Made by a program: the position numbers and the translations under genes. A DNA stretch of 64,000 nucleotides from Felis catus. Its lineage: Eukaryota. Where the stretch lies: contig NC_058368.1 of the NCBI RefSeq assembly GCF_018350175.1, positions 189,846,001-189,910,000 of the forward strand. The letters are read 5' to 3'. The notes beneath the pieces are model-generated. The model was not told the origin of the DNA. It did no database searches and saw only the letters and a list, made by a program, of their open reading frames with translations. This document shows, piece by piece, positions 26,288-40,615 of this stretch (positions are counted from its first letter, which is position 1; every line of letters begins with the position of its first letter).

Positions 26288-26430
26288 GACAGAGAGAGAG
26301 ACACAGAATCCTAAGTAGACTCCAGGCTCCGAGTTGTCAGCATAAAGCCCAAGGTGGGGCTCGAAATCACGAACCGCGAGATCATGACCTGAGTCTAAGT
26401 TGGACACTGACTGAGCCACCCAGGCGCCCC
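26195..26430 (-). mobile_element. CanSINE
   Basis: TSD TGAAGAC(T/A)AACATTT at 26182 and 26431. Confidence 0.9.
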
Positions 26431-29100
26431 TGAAGACAAACATTTTAATTTCCATAGTTGTATATTTCTTTCAATGTGTACTTTCAATTTAGGGCAAATA
26501 TTCCAACTTGCCATTGATGGTAGTGATAAGTGTAAGCTAAAAAGTGAGTCAATTTATAGAAAAATATTGAATCAATAAGCAGTAGTCTGCCTAGGATAAG
26601 GCAAAAATCATGAATGTGCTCTCCAAATGACTCACATTTTGGAAACAATGGGCTATCTAATAAAAAGAAAGAGGATGTAAGCTTTGGGTTGAGTTTCTGA
26701 TAGTGATGATGGCCACACTGAGCCATCCTGGTGACCAGTGCCACACACACAGGTAAGGCTGCTGCCTGATGCCCCAGGAGCGTGCTTTTCCACGTGACAC
26801 TAATTGGCCCACACAGGAGTGAAACCATGACCCTTCCCTCATTAGCCACATGCTCAGACCAGCTGAGCTAGCTCGCTCTGGGTCACTGGGGTCCCATGTA
26901 GGAAATTACCATTCCAGTGCCCTGTGGTCCTCTCGTAACCCCAACTAATGAATGTCCCGTGGAGCCTAATGTCATTCCTGGGGGAGCACACAGCTCTCCC
27001 AGCAGTGGAGAAGTTGATGATATTCTGAAGTTTTAACCCAGGGAAAGCCAAATAAGAGAGCACAGAGAACTCAGGGAGAATAATATTTCACACACCTGTA
27101 TGCTAGAAAAAAGAATGACAACACCATTCTGCTCTGCGCATTTGTTTTCTAGGCCTGGTCTCAGGACATAGAAAGCAAGCACAGGGAAATGAAGAATGCT
27201 GCTGGGCATCACATAGTAAGCTCATCACAGTGTAAATGACATTAAGTGCTTACTGTCCAGGCCAAGCATTTTCTGTCACCAATGCTATGAGGTGGGTGGT
27301 ATCATTCCTATTTAGAGATCAGGAAATTGAGGCTCAGAAGTAACTAGTATAAGAGCCTAGGACAGCAAGCTCCTCCGAGGATTGGCTATATTCTGGAAAT
27401 TAACACATTATCAAGTTGAAAGGAAATTCTAAAAGATGGACAGACAGCCTGCCAAACCTTTCTGCTTGTGCCCCTTTTCAGGTCTCTGGAGAAAGACTAT
27501 AAGCTTTCAAGTAATCTTTATTTTTCTGTAGCTTTAGCACATCCATAGTTTGGCCTTGACAAGAGTTTCTTTAATAAGATGAATTTACGGTCAAGACCAG
27601 AGAAAGCATTCTTCCCAAGTGTTGGAGACAATTGGAAGGATAGGGACAGCAGATGTTCTAATGCATACTGAAGAGCTGGGAAAGACCACTAAGTCACTCC
27701 ATCTGTTTTTTAACAAGACTATTGGATCAATAACCCTTCCAGGGCCAAACGTACTGGTCGATGAAATACTTCCTGGGGCTCACTTGACAGCCACTATTCC
27801 CAGAGCCACAGTGGACCTACTGCCCTGGGGGGCTCACCACCTTTATTTTCTTTGGAAGCCATGAAACCCTGTGCGCACGTCCACTTCCAGCTAAAGAACG
27901 GTATGAATCAGAAGGCACTAGAGATGCCTGAAGCAGATAACCAAACCAGATTTTAACTCAGCTCTCTGGTTTCTGGTCAGTTTCCTGGTCAATGCCTGAG
28001 AAATTTAGTATTTTTGAGGTATAACTGGCTAAGAATAAACTTGAGAGTCAGTCAGATCTAGATAATTTCCCAAATTTGCCATTGATTAGCAGAGAGATAT
28101 TGGCAAGTTATTTTTAGTTCCCTCACATACGGAAGAGGGATAAAATCTTTCGCTCATGGTGGTTGTATTCGAATAAAGTATTGCATGTATGTTTAGTACA
28201 GGGCTGAAATGCTTAAAAAATGACAGTATTTCTTTATTGCCTGACCTGTCCTCTGCCCCTTCACATAGCATGACTGAGTGAAATGTGGTGCAAGTTGCCA
28301 TAGTGCAAAAAGGCATGAGATAAAGCTTTTTATTATAATCTTATCTGTAGTTATTCATTTGGAGGACTTATCTATTATTTCACATTCTGTATTCCTCTTC
28401 ACTATAGGCTGCTGAGAAACTATTTCTTGAGGTAGAGGGGAGAAGGTCTTTGGAAGGCCTTGACTGACTACCACTGCCCACCCACCCCATCTGCCCCCAG
28501 AGTCCAGCCTATAACAACAGACTTTTCTGTGTTTATTATAAATTTTCCTTTGACTCAGGAGCAAATTTGCTTGGTCTTGGGATGGAGACTCAATTCTGGT
28601 CATGGAATCACGAGACAGCTGCAACCTTTCTTACAAGCGGGCTCTCAGGCATCAACACTGAGTAGAACAGAATTGTTTCCAAAAGTGAGACAAGTGCTGA
28701 CAAATAGGGGCCTCAAGACAGTTTCCCTGGGGTAATCCTTAGCCAGCAGCTGGGAAGAGTCTGGGTGGGGTTGACCACACTCTGAGAAGAAACAAGGAAA
28801 CCCATGACGTGAGAACAGTGATAGAGTCCCTGAAACAGTGGACGCTGGGCAATGTCTCCGTTTGCTACTCCTCTCCAAGCACATTCACTGGCTGGTTGCC
28901 ATCAGGTTGTCTAGGCTTCAAATTAGGCACATTCGATATTGGGAAGAAACGTTTATATTGCCACTTGGGTTGATCATAGCTTGTTTCTCCTTGATTATCT
29001 CTGTTCAGACTGGAGCATTTAACAATGAATTGTAGCAGTGACTGGAGATCCGGAGACTCAAGTCCTTCTAGGGCCTCTGGTTAAGCAGTTCTCTTTAACT

Positions 29101-29119
29101 CACTGCCACCTAGTGGCAA
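29101..29119 (-). promoter_or_regulatory. CTCF motif
   Basis: Minus strand TTGCCACTAGGTGGCAGTG is a full match to the CCASYAGRKGGCRS core. Confidence 0.65.
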
Positions 29120-29299
29120 CTGAACAGACTGAAAAGTGCTTCACTTCTGCTCAGAGAAGAATGTGGTTGGGCAATAAACTTTTTTGTCCTTGCCACTAGA
29201 ATCCGGGAAGCTTAGGGAAAGATAATAGATATATCTCATTCCACTGGCCTCCATCCCCCTGCTAATATGTAACAGTCACTGTACATTTTAAATGTACAG

Positions 29300-32200
29300 A
29301 CCAGCTGACTCCTCTGCCTTTATTTTGATTAATGATGATATTATTGCTTAATCAGAAGTCTCTGAGATACAAAACAAATAAGCAAGGGGTTGAACTGGAG
29401 CATAGTTCACCTTTTCCACCACTGAAGTGGTTAGAAATTTCTTGCATGTTGGCTAAACCCAGCTCAATATATTCTTTGAAAGTGGGGAATCGGGTCTTAA
29501 CAGTTAACTTGAGGTTTCCCTCTGTAAGCATCTGTGTGATTTTTTGTCTGTCTCTCTTACAGGCGACTCAGTTCTGAAGCAAACAGAGCTCAAGTAATCA
29601 ATGTCACAAATCTTTGGGCAGTTCAACTTCCTGTACATGCACAGAGGGAAGCTGGTGGCAAATTCAAATATTTCTGGAACCATGTAAGGATCAATTAATC
29701 AAATGTGGTAAAACCCAAGGGAGCAGAGTGAGGGGTGATCTCAGCAGATCATGAAGAGAGGGGGTAATGCCAGTGAGCTATTAGGTAGAATAAATTTACA
29801 GGGAAATTACCAGTGCTTGGGGCTTAGAAGAGACAATTCACAATGTGGGCCAAGTTCCCTTTCTAAGCATAAACTTCTAATAAACATGGAAGACCAAAGC
29901 CACCTCAAGGATAGTTGATGTAGATATGTGTGCTTTGGTGAAGAAAAGGCACAAGGTTACAACAATGAGATGGCTTGGGATGCTTTCACTTTCTAGGTCA
30001 GTATCGTCACCTGGTAATAGACTCCCCTGCCTCCTCCCCTCCACCGCCCCTCAAAATCAGCAGAGACAAAGCAGTCAGTACATTAACACAATCATATTTA
30101 TTACAGTTTCCAGACTCCCATGTGACACATACCTACAGCAGAACACTGCAAACTGACGTTACTAGCAGCAATCTTCCATAAACATGAAGAATTTAGGTGA
30201 ACTTCACAATTAAGAGTAATTTCAAGACAAGATGAGAAGTTATGGTTTTTCTTTTAGCAGCTTATATATGAATAGTGAAACTATAAATACAGAGGGTCAC
30301 CAGGTTTAGCCTTGCCTAAAAAACACACTAATAAGTCTCGGTGCAGAGGGACATCCCCAGGGTTGCCAAACAGAAGGCTAATGTCTTTAGATGTCAGGAT
30401 GAAATAAGCAGATCACTTTTCAAGACATCGCTTGCTATCTGTGTTAGTGTCAGGACAACAGAAAAAGAACTGGACAGCTGCCCTAGAACCTAGCTCACAC
30501 ATAATTCAGCCAGATAATCATTTAAATAATACCCCCTAAAATTGTTTAGACATTTTTCCCCCACAGCTCTAAAAACATAACATCAGACATAACATCAGAC
30601 ATTTGCTCCAAAGGAGTAAAAATCAAAAGCAATTGCAATGTATTGGGAATAGCTTTTATAGCTTTCCTGAGGGACAGTTGCCATCTTTTCAGAGAGTGTT
30701 TTTAAAGCAACACTAACTCTGGTAGCTTATCAAACTACTTTTTATTCTAAATAAATAAAAGACCAACTGAAGGTCTCAGGTGTACTTATTTCTTTTCCCC
30801 TAGATCTCTGAACCATGCAAAGCCATTCCTTGACAGATAGCTTTCATTTTTATTAGAGGGGCACAAGAGAACTTACAAACATTTGAAAAATACTCAAAAC
30901 ACTGAAAGTAAAAAAGGCGCAACCCTTCCTCAGAGCCCAGGAAACTGTGACAGGCATCCCAAAGGCTTATATAAAATCCATCAACTCAATTTGCCAGAAA
31001 GTAGTGACAGACCACCCACCTTTGCAACATAAGCCCAGATAAGATTTTCTTCCTTTATAATCACTAAGAAAAGCCTTCTGGGAGTTACTGCCCAGGAAAA
31101 CATAGGCTGACGAACAGAAGCTACTGGAAAGGGATTGACTGTATTCTATATCTGGCACAGGAAAAGAAAAATTAAAACAGTTGCTAAAACATTATATTTA
31201 TGCCATGATACTCTTACCTGAACCTTGGACTTCCCACAGCGACTATTTCATTCATAAAAAATACATAAAAGATGGGAAAGTTTTGGGGCAGCACCAGTGA
31301 CAGACAGCTGTCTTTGAATAATTTTAATTATTCCTAAAGGCAAAAATTAGAGAAAATTTACAGAATCAATTCTATTTCATGATTTTGCCCATGTCAGCAG
31401 CTATGAGGATAGTGCAAAAGAAATCCAAAAAATTCCTCTGCATCAAGTTAGGTTTCTGTTTTTCTCTCAAGGGGTAAAGTGGTATAACTAGATTTCTGTG
31501 GGGCTTCTGAGGAGTAAAGAGAGCCCATAGTTCATGTCTTCACAACCTCTTAAGGTACTCCTGGACTTTTTACCACAAGGATAAATCAAGTCCCTTCTGA
31601 TCCAGTAACAGCTCAAACCAAGGATTCTGATGCACCTAGACTTTAATGCTAATGGTTTCTAGGCTTTCTAACTTGATATGCACCATGCACAGACAGCAAG
31701 GTACCAAATGGTCTAAAGCCATCTGTCTTAGACACTGCTAACACTGGCTAACCATCAGACAAATGACCCACCATCATAAGATAGTCTCTGAAATGAAGCA
31801 TAAACGCTTCCCAAGTACTAGCACCAACAACCTAAAACGCACGTTCTCCTGGTTGTAGAACCATAGAATCACCTCTATGTATGAAGAACAGCACATGAAA
31901 TCGTTCTGGGTGTGAAACCCATGTTCCATTGTTTGATGCCTTGTTATCTAACAAATCTGGTGCTCTGGAGAAGAGGTGTGTCCCATGAACTGTCTTTGGA
32001 ATGGATTCCCATGTCTAGAGATTACTTTGAAGAACCTAAGTTGGATGTTCAAAAATAAGTACTATTCCTACCAACTGTCCTAAGCCCAAATCCCTGGAGA
32101 ATACTAGAAACCAGATTTTGCTGCATTTCTGCAACATAGGGACCCCTCAGGTAAGCTCGTGGGGGCCTCCAGAACTCTACCATTCTGGCTGTTACTTTCT

Positions 32201-34917
32201 CTTTTTCTTTCTTTCTCCTGAGGAAGACTTCAGTTATTTTCATAGCAACTTATTATAATGTCCTAGATGATGACATATTTTGAGCAGCACATACATTCTT
32301 AGGACCAATTTTTTTTTTCCTTTTGAAATATTTCTAGAATAATAAAGAAAAGGCAGTAATTAAAAAAAATGACTTCCCTATAAAACACTGGCATGCTTTA
32401 TACAATACAGCACATTTACTAAATGTGAATCACTGTCCAAAACTGAACCGATAAATGGGGGCCAATGGGCACATTAGACTGATCACATGGATTTAAAATT
32501 ATTTTCAGAGCCAGAATTATTATATTGGACAGAAAAGCAGTAAACCAATCCTTATCTGGATATATGAAAATTATATACAAACATGAAAACTCAGCATGTG
32601 TTTAAAACAAATCACATTAGATTTAGTCAGGCACTAGAATGAATGCAAAGTGATATATTCCTTTTGATACCAAACTTTTACTTTACTGGGAAAACCTGGT
32701 ATCTATTGCAGCTTCTAGCTGAGGACAGAAGGGTAGACAGATGAGGACATCTAACAGGAGAGACTGGTAAAGATGCAGAGGCAGGGGTGCCTGATGATTA
32801 AACAAGATAACTATTAATTGGGGAACTGAGATTTTATTAGACATACTATTTAGAAGATAATTTAGATTAGCAGATTCCAAAGACAATTGCTTGACTTTGT
32901 AACATGGAACCTCTCTAAATGCTTACTGCATCTGATCTGGCTCTAAAGAGTATATTTAAAATGCATCTTAAAATAAAAACAAGTAAACGAAATGAAGCAT
33001 CTTCCACAGATTCCCCTTTGGGGATGTGTCATTTTTAGATGTGCATCTCCCTTTGGTACTATCACATAAACCTCTTGAAAAGTTCAGGGGAATTTTTTCT
33101 GATGATCAGAAAAGGATTGGGGCTGGCATTTGTGGGGGAAGCAGCAAAGAAATGTTACTCTTCTTTTACTGAGGATATTCTTCTGAGAACTTCCATTGTC
33201 CTTTAGGAGAAAGGAATGGAATATGGAAAATAGTTCCTGAAGATATCACTGCCTTCTGATGACAAGTTCAAAATTACAACAGCCACAGAGATGACTTTCT
33301 TATGTAGCACCTACCTTGCTCATAAGACATAGAACTCTTATCGAGCTATGAAATATAGTTAGTAAAAATTACTCATGGCACTTAAACATGTTTAGAGACT
33401 TTAAAATGCCTTCCTAAAATTCTCTGTCTCAGTGCCCCGGTGAGGTAGGTGTCTGATGGGAAAAACTGAGGCACAGAGGGGTTAAGTCTGCTCTCCTTTC
33501 ATTGGCCCAGTGGCCCAGCTAGCAGAAGGACCAGGTGCCCTAACTCCCTAAACATTATTCACCTGCTTCTCAGAAGGCTTATCTAAGTTACACAAAAAAT
33601 GCAGCAGGGAATTTTTTTTCAAGCATTTTAACTAGTTAGCTACTTCTTATTCTCACTTTGAATGTAAGTTATATAAAATAAAACCAAATATAAACTAACA
33701 AAACAAAAAATCAATATTGCCTAACAGTCTGCGTCAAGATGTAGCCTATTCTGTACTGGTGATTGAAAAAGCATATAATATGATTCAAGTAGAAGTATTA
33801 GAGAGTACTACAGTATTCCCATTACTCAAGCCAGGCAGTAAGTAAAGTGTTCCTTATAGATGCCACCCACTGTACTTTGTGAGAACCTCGTTGGCGTGAC
33901 TTGAGGAAATAAAACTATCACTCCTACTTCGTGGAAAAACCATTCTGAAAGTTAGTCTACACAGGCCAGCCCTCCCCAGAAAGGAAGCTCCCAACCATGT
34001 GATGCATATGTATTACTGAGTCCATGCCGAACTCTTTGAAGCCAGATATGTAGGTCACAATCTCCTGCCATAAAGCTCACAGGACAGTTCACACTACATA
34101 CAGAAGGGCAATACAGTGGGTACATGCACTACACCATGCCACACAAGTGAGAGAAAAGGCCAAGAAGCCACCTCATGAGCATCTTATAGTCCCATGTGGC
34201 ATCCCATTCTCAGAAGCTAACTCTGGTAAGTGGGGAAGACTGATGAATTCCCATATCCCTTTACATACTAAGGAGAGGGATAACAACAGAGTATTCATTG
34301 TTGGCTGCTCTAAGCATACCAACTATCCAAAGTTTACATAAGTTAGTGGCTTTCTTTCTTAGTTTTGCAGATATTCAAAGGTAATAAATTACATTTCTCG
34401 ATAAAGAGAGAGAATGGTGTAGAGCAAAATTCAAAGGTCAGTTACAAGTTGTGGGTGCAGGGCTACAGGGCAATTTATGTTACTACTCTTAGAATCAAAT
34501 TCATGAGTACTCAGGGCACTAGCTTTTAGAAATGAGAGCATTTTTTGAGGTGTTTTTTAATTCCCATCCTTATAGTGTCTGTGGGATGAATTTAATTCAT
34601 ACCATGACTCCTAATTCAAATGGAAGATCTGATATTTGGTTTGAGTGTCTAAAGTCAACCATGACACCAAACTGGATGCATATTTCCTCTGTACAGCTTT
34701 TGCCTTGATATTAACGCAAACCCCCACCTTCCTAAGGCCTGTGTCCGCTTGAGGGAGCTCATCTTCCAGAGGGCCCAAGCCTGGCTCTATGCTCTGCACA
34801 TGCAGGACCAGAGGGAATCATTCCAACTCAGAGTTTCACTGGGATACTAGGATACAGCATAGCAGCGGTTCATGCATTTTATTTCTAAGAACCAAAGCTC
34901 AAGAGATGCCGAGCTGG
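29300..34917 (-). other. LSM11: Putative long LSM11 3'UTR (distal end uncertain)
   Basis: No CanSINE between about 26.4 and 35.9 kb. Minus-strand AATAAA at 29324-29319, with alternatives near 30100 and 30740. Confidence 0.45.
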
Positions 34918-35328
<411 letters not shown>

Positions 35329-35744
35329 CTAGAAGGAAAGTAATGATAAATATCAGCCTTCTCTTTAGCCGTCAACATCCTTCTTTGAATATACAGAAAA
35401 AACACCATATTCATGAATTAGGTTTTATGGACTTCTCACTTTGTAATTTTTAAAAAGCAATGAGTTTTTCTGTGTTTAGCCATAATTCGGGTAAATCAAT
35501 AAATATGTCAAGAGAAAAGGCACCTGCTTTTTTCTGTGGTATAAAATGGAAAGACTTTTAAGGCTTATAAGAGGTCACTTGCTGCTCAAATAACGTGCAG
35601 GCCAGAAGCACAGACTCATTTGTGATTAGCTGAATGCGTGAGAAGAGACTAATGAAGACCCTGGTCCGGGCATACAGAGTGGACAGCAACTGAGCTCTCT
35701 CCCCAAGAAAACCTGGTCACCGGGCTCAGTGATCTCAATGTCTA

Positions 35745-35876
<132 letters not shown>

Positions 35877-35975
35877 CTAGAGAAACAGCCCAAAGGGAAA
35901 AAAAGATAAGGCAGAATTAAAAATATTATTTTTACAGCTTCTAGAAAAAACATTTTAAAAAGGAGAATAAACATT

Positions 35976-36229
35976 GGGGTGCCTGGGTGGCTCAGTAGGT
36001 TGAGCGTCCAACTTTGGCTCAGGTCATGATCTCGCCGTTTGTGAGTTTGAAGCCCGCATTGGGCTCTGTGCTGACAGCTCAGAGCCTGGGGCCTGCTTCA
36101 GATTCTGTGGCCCCTCCCAGGCTCATGCTCTGTCTCTCTTTGTCTCTCAATAATAAATAAACGTTAAGAAGAAAAAATTAAAAAAAAAAATCCTCCTACG
36201 GATGGAACATAAGTTTTAAAAAAATAAAT
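35976..36229 (+). mobile_element. CanSINE with extra 27-nt 3' segment (LSM11 intron 2)
   Basis: TSD AAAAAGGAGAATAAACAT at 35957-35974 and 36230-36247. Confidence 0.92.
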
Positions 36230-36392
36230 AAAAAGGAGAATAAACATCTAACTTAGCAGAACTAAACTTAACAAGTGACTGAGCTCTTGGGCAGGAGAAA
36301 ACGGTAATACCTGGAGCCCTCCGAGTAAGATTTCCAAGCTGCTACCACCATATAAGATAGGTTTCTTCTATGGTAAGGGGCCTTTACAAATG

Positions 36393-36582
36393 CATGGTAG
36401 AGGTTTTTAAATTTCAGTGTGCATATGTATCTAAGAGGCTTATTAAAATATAAATCCAAGGCCACTTCCTAGATATTCTGATTTAGTAGGTCTGGGATGA
36501 AGCCAAGGAATTTTCTGTTTTAACCAGAAATTCCATGATTCTGATGTAGGATGCCCTTAGATCATACTTTGAGAAACACTAT
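36393..36582. mobile_element. MER5-like hAT-Charlie remnant
   Basis: GATATTCTGATTTAGTAGGTCTGGGATG...ACTTTGAGAAACACT. Confidence 0.6.
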
Positions 36583-37634
36583 TCTACTGCTTCTTTTCCC
36601 TCATCAGATTTAGGTCTTACGACAGCAATGAACAGGTATTAACCAGGGTTCCATACAGAACTGTTGGGGAATTCCTGTCTTTGAGAGATGGACCTCAGAG
36701 GACAGCTACGTAGGGCCAAATGAGCTCAGGTATGAGAATTCAGTTTGAAAAGTGTGACTCACCCTACAAATATAAGCTGACGGTATTATTATCATGCCTG
36801 TCATCAAAGATGTTCTCTTAAAAACTTTTCCTTCAAAGGTGAAATTATAATAGTAAAGTAGTTTTTCCTACATTTTAGAGATAAGAAAAGTGGCCTCAGA
36901 GAAACCATCTTGCTCAGAGTCACAGAGCTACCAAGTAGTAAAGCTAGGATTCAAATCCAGGTCTTCTGATTCCACAGTGGTTGAAAAGATGGTGTTAGGA
37001 GTCAGAAAGACCTGGGACAACGTTCTAGTACTTCCACTTACTAACAGTGTGATCTGGGCCAATCATTCAATATCTCTAGCCTCAATTTCTTCATTTGTAA
37101 AATGGAACAGTAACAGACCTTGTTCACTGAGATACTATATTATAAATCCTTAGTATACTGTACAGCAAATAGGAAGTACTTAATAAATAGTCAGCAACTA
37201 TTATACTCATCCAGGAGAATGCATGGAGGAAGATAAAACACAGGAAAAAGAAAAGTTAGAGATAGAAGACCATATGAAAAGCCTGGTGGTTCCTATTTTA
37301 ATTGCTTGTCTCATAGCATAATTGTGCCATAATCTATCTCTTCCCTCCTACGAATGTCTGGTAAACAGACAGTAAGCCTCTAGGAGTGTGGGGGCGCATG
37401 TACTCCATAAGGAAACACCATGCAAAGTGCCTTGCTTATTAGTATGTCTGCTTCCCCTCTATCTTTATCTATCTTCCCAAATGCTATAAAGTGAAAGTTC
37501 CTTTCTGAAATTTCTGTACCTAGCACTGTGGTAAAGTACCAGCCAAAGTGGAAAATCAATAAATATTTTGAAATGAATGAAAGAATGGTCAGTAGGAAAT
37601 TGACATAGAATTACTAAACAGATAAAATAAATCC

Positions 37635-37847
37635 TTATTCCTTAAGCACAAATGACATTTGGGACCAGAGAATGGTTTGCTGCTGGGGGGCTATTTTTTG
37701 TATTGTAGGATGTGCTGCAGCACCTCTGGCTGCTACCCATTAGATACCAGTAATACTCCATGCCATGGTTGTGACAATTAAAAAAACGTACCCAGACAGT
37801 GCCAAATGTCCCTAGGAGGGAAAGAAGGGCAAAACTGCCCTGCTTGA
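37635..37847 (+). mobile_element. MER20-like DNA transposon, interrupted at its end by a SINE
   Basis: GACATTTGGGACCAG...TTGTAGGATG...TACCCATTAGATACCAGT...GTTGTGACAA...CCAGACAGTGCCAAATGTCCC. Confidence 0.75.
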
Positions 37848-38050
37848 GGGGCGCCTCGGTGGCTCAGTCGGTTAAGCATCCGACTTCAGCTCAGGTCATG
37901 ATCTCATGGTTTGTGGGTTTGAGCCCTGTGTCGGGCTCTCTGCTGTCAGCACAGAGCCCACTTCAGGTCTCTGTACCCCTCTCTCTGCCCCTCCCCCACT
38001 CACACTATCTCTCTCTCAAAAATAAATAAGCATTAAAAAAAATTTTTTTA
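37848..38050 (+). mobile_element. CanSINE (LSM11 intron 2)
   Basis: GGGGCGCCTCGGTGGCTCAGTCGG head, AATAAA tail. Confidence 0.9.
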
Positions 38051-38255
38051 ATTGCCTTGGCTGAAAGCCAATGCCTTAAAGAAAAGGAAGCAGTAAAAAG
38101 AACTTTTTTATTGTTGATCAAGAGAATGCAAAAATTCTAGTTCTTCTAGGAAGTCATTTTATAGGTTTTCCTAAATAAAATTACTCAGGTCATTTAGACA
38201 TATAAAAGATTTAATCCTTAGGAGCTCTCCAGCCCTTTGAGAAAGGCTTAATTAC

Positions 38256-38395
38256 CATATTCCAGAACTTGTCAAATGCGACGAGGAAGCCTGTACAGAC
38301 GCCACGAAGACCCTTGAAAGTGCGAATGTGAACGTTCACCTTCACCCCCTCCCGGATACAACGATGGAGCTCACCCAGAGGGCTGCCTTCGTGCA
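38256..38395 (-). CDS. LSM11: LSM11 exon 2 (Sm motif 1)
   Basis: tttcag|TG CAC ... AAT ATG|gtaatt; (L)[46 protein letters not shown]; 140 nt. Confidence 0.96.
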
Positions 38396-40380
38396 CTGAA
38401 ACAAGACAAGAGCAGACAGCATAATGTAAACATCTGCCTTCATTCTCAGAGTTAGCAACCAAGACCAGCCAACCATCTCCAGCAACACCAGGCAGCATGG
38501 TGCAGTGGCAACCTCACTATGGAAATGAGAAGGCCCAATGGGCAGCATGGTTAGTATGGGCAACACACTGAAGTAAGACAAGATTCCACCAGGATGAGGA
38601 TTAAACATACATATGGCTGTCACCCGAATGTTTCACTAAGTGTATATCCCATGTTCTATGATGTCATTGATTCTAAGATGCACCATTATTTAAAAACATT
38701 TGGGGGGGGGGACCCACATTAAATGTACACATCAGCAGCAAAATTCTTCTCAGTTCTGTGCCTGGTTAAGACAACTTTTAAAAGATAATTCTCATGAACC
38801 ACATATCCAGCTTGACTCTTCAAAAAACCAAAAATCTTGTTCATATGTTTAAAGGAAACAAACCATGTAACACATCTGCCCTTATACACGTGCAGTCCTC
38901 TAACGAGAGAATGGACTTTTGGCCCCCATCTGAGATACTCCATGGACAAGCTCTCTGGAGCCACTAGTGTTCAATGGACACCATCTTTACACTAGACGGA
39001 AGAGACCTGGTTTCAGTCCAAGCCTGTTGACAGAAAGGCACCTGCTGGGCATTAGGCTCATAGGACATTGCAGATAAGCATCACGTAAAAAGAGAATGAC
39101 GATTCATGGGAAGAATTCTGGGACTATAAATTGCAGCCTTTATGATGATGGATTCTCTTTCTCAGGGCTTGTGAAGAGGGATGAATTTTATTTTTATTAC
39201 TTCATGTTAACTTAGCCTTCACAATATGATGGCTATACGATATATATAAAACCTCCCAAAAGAAAACCACATGTCCAATCACACACTTACACTCACACTC
39301 ACACATAGTCTTTGTCTTTCCCTCCCAAGTTTGCAAGGCATAATTCTTCGGAGATTGATTCTTGCCATCAATAGTAAACACAAAATCTCTGTTTTGTTTC
39401 TAGTAGTATGAAAGAGAACAAGAGTCCTGCCCTTCAGTTTGGATAACTAAGCTGGTTACTCCTGACCTCTTTATCCCTCACTCACGGGTCAGCTTATACA
39501 TCATGGCAGTGATAAATTAATAAAAGAAAATACTCTGAAGAAAGTGACCTAGCCAATGAGAAGTAGGAGCTTATGTCAGATTGAAGATTCAGCAAGAAGG
39601 CACAGTTGAAGGCAATGTGGCAGAGACAGAGGCTCTGGAAAGGAATGTGAGAGTTTTGGTCTGGCCTTCATCATCTACCTTACCTGTAGCAATATTTTAA
39701 AATTCCTTGAATGTTTGAGTAACTTTTTCTCTACAAGTCTGACTTTCCTCATTTGTAAAATGAGGTTAGACTAGTTAACTTCTAGATTCATTTGAGAATA
39801 AGTCTCTATAATTCAATATTTTAGAAACCTGGATTAGTTTCTTTGCCTATACACATTCACTGCTTCCCCCGTCCCCATATGTGTTTCCACAAACAGTGGA
39901 AAGACCACTCTTTTCCTAACTTGTAAAAAAATAGAGAGGTATGACTTTTACCCCTGAACCCCCACATAAGAGGAAAAAGACAAGCACATATCTTAACAAC
40001 ACTTTCTTATTCTAGCTAAACAAATGACAAACTCAGGTCTTTCAACTCTCATATCTGTACTCTTCCCTTGATTTTTTTTCTTCCAAAGATTTATTAATAA
40101 GGTATAATTCCAGGGAGCACTTCACTCCTGTGTGATCAAAAATACATTACTAGCACCACCTATCAGAGCAAACTACCAAGGCAAAAATTCTGAATCGGAA
40201 CGCACACTCTGAATCTCTTTCCAGCAGTCTCTCTAACAAACTCCAAATATGAACCAAGCTTCTAAAATTTAATACAACAACAAAAAGATACATATGCCTT
40301 ATCTTTGAAGTTATTCTTCCAGATCTCCTTCTCCACTGCTACTATTCTTAGGCCTCAACCTTCTAAGTCCCAGTCATTTT

Positions 40381-40604
40381 TTTTTTTTTAATTTTTTTTT
40401 TGAACGTTTATTTATTTTTGGGACAGAGAGAGACAGAGCATGAACGGGGGAGGGGCAGAGAGAGAGGGAGGCACAGAATCGGAAACAGGCTCCAGGCTCT
40501 GAGCCATCAGCCCAGAGCCCGACGCGGGGCTCGAACTCACGGACAGCGAGATCGTGACCTGGCTGAAGTCGGACGCTTAACCGACTATGCCACCCAGGCG
40601 CCCC
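40381..40604 (-). mobile_element. Young CanSINE (LSM11 intron 1)
   Basis: Near-identical to the copies at 790, 48091 and 52270; flanked by CCCAGTCATTTT. Confidence 0.93.
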
Positions 40605-40615
40605 CCAGTCATTTT

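Noticed and set aside
29300..34917. A histone-type stem-loop or U7-related autoregulatory element in the LSM11 3'UTR
   Set aside because: No GGYYCTTTTMAGRRCC-type match seen by eye
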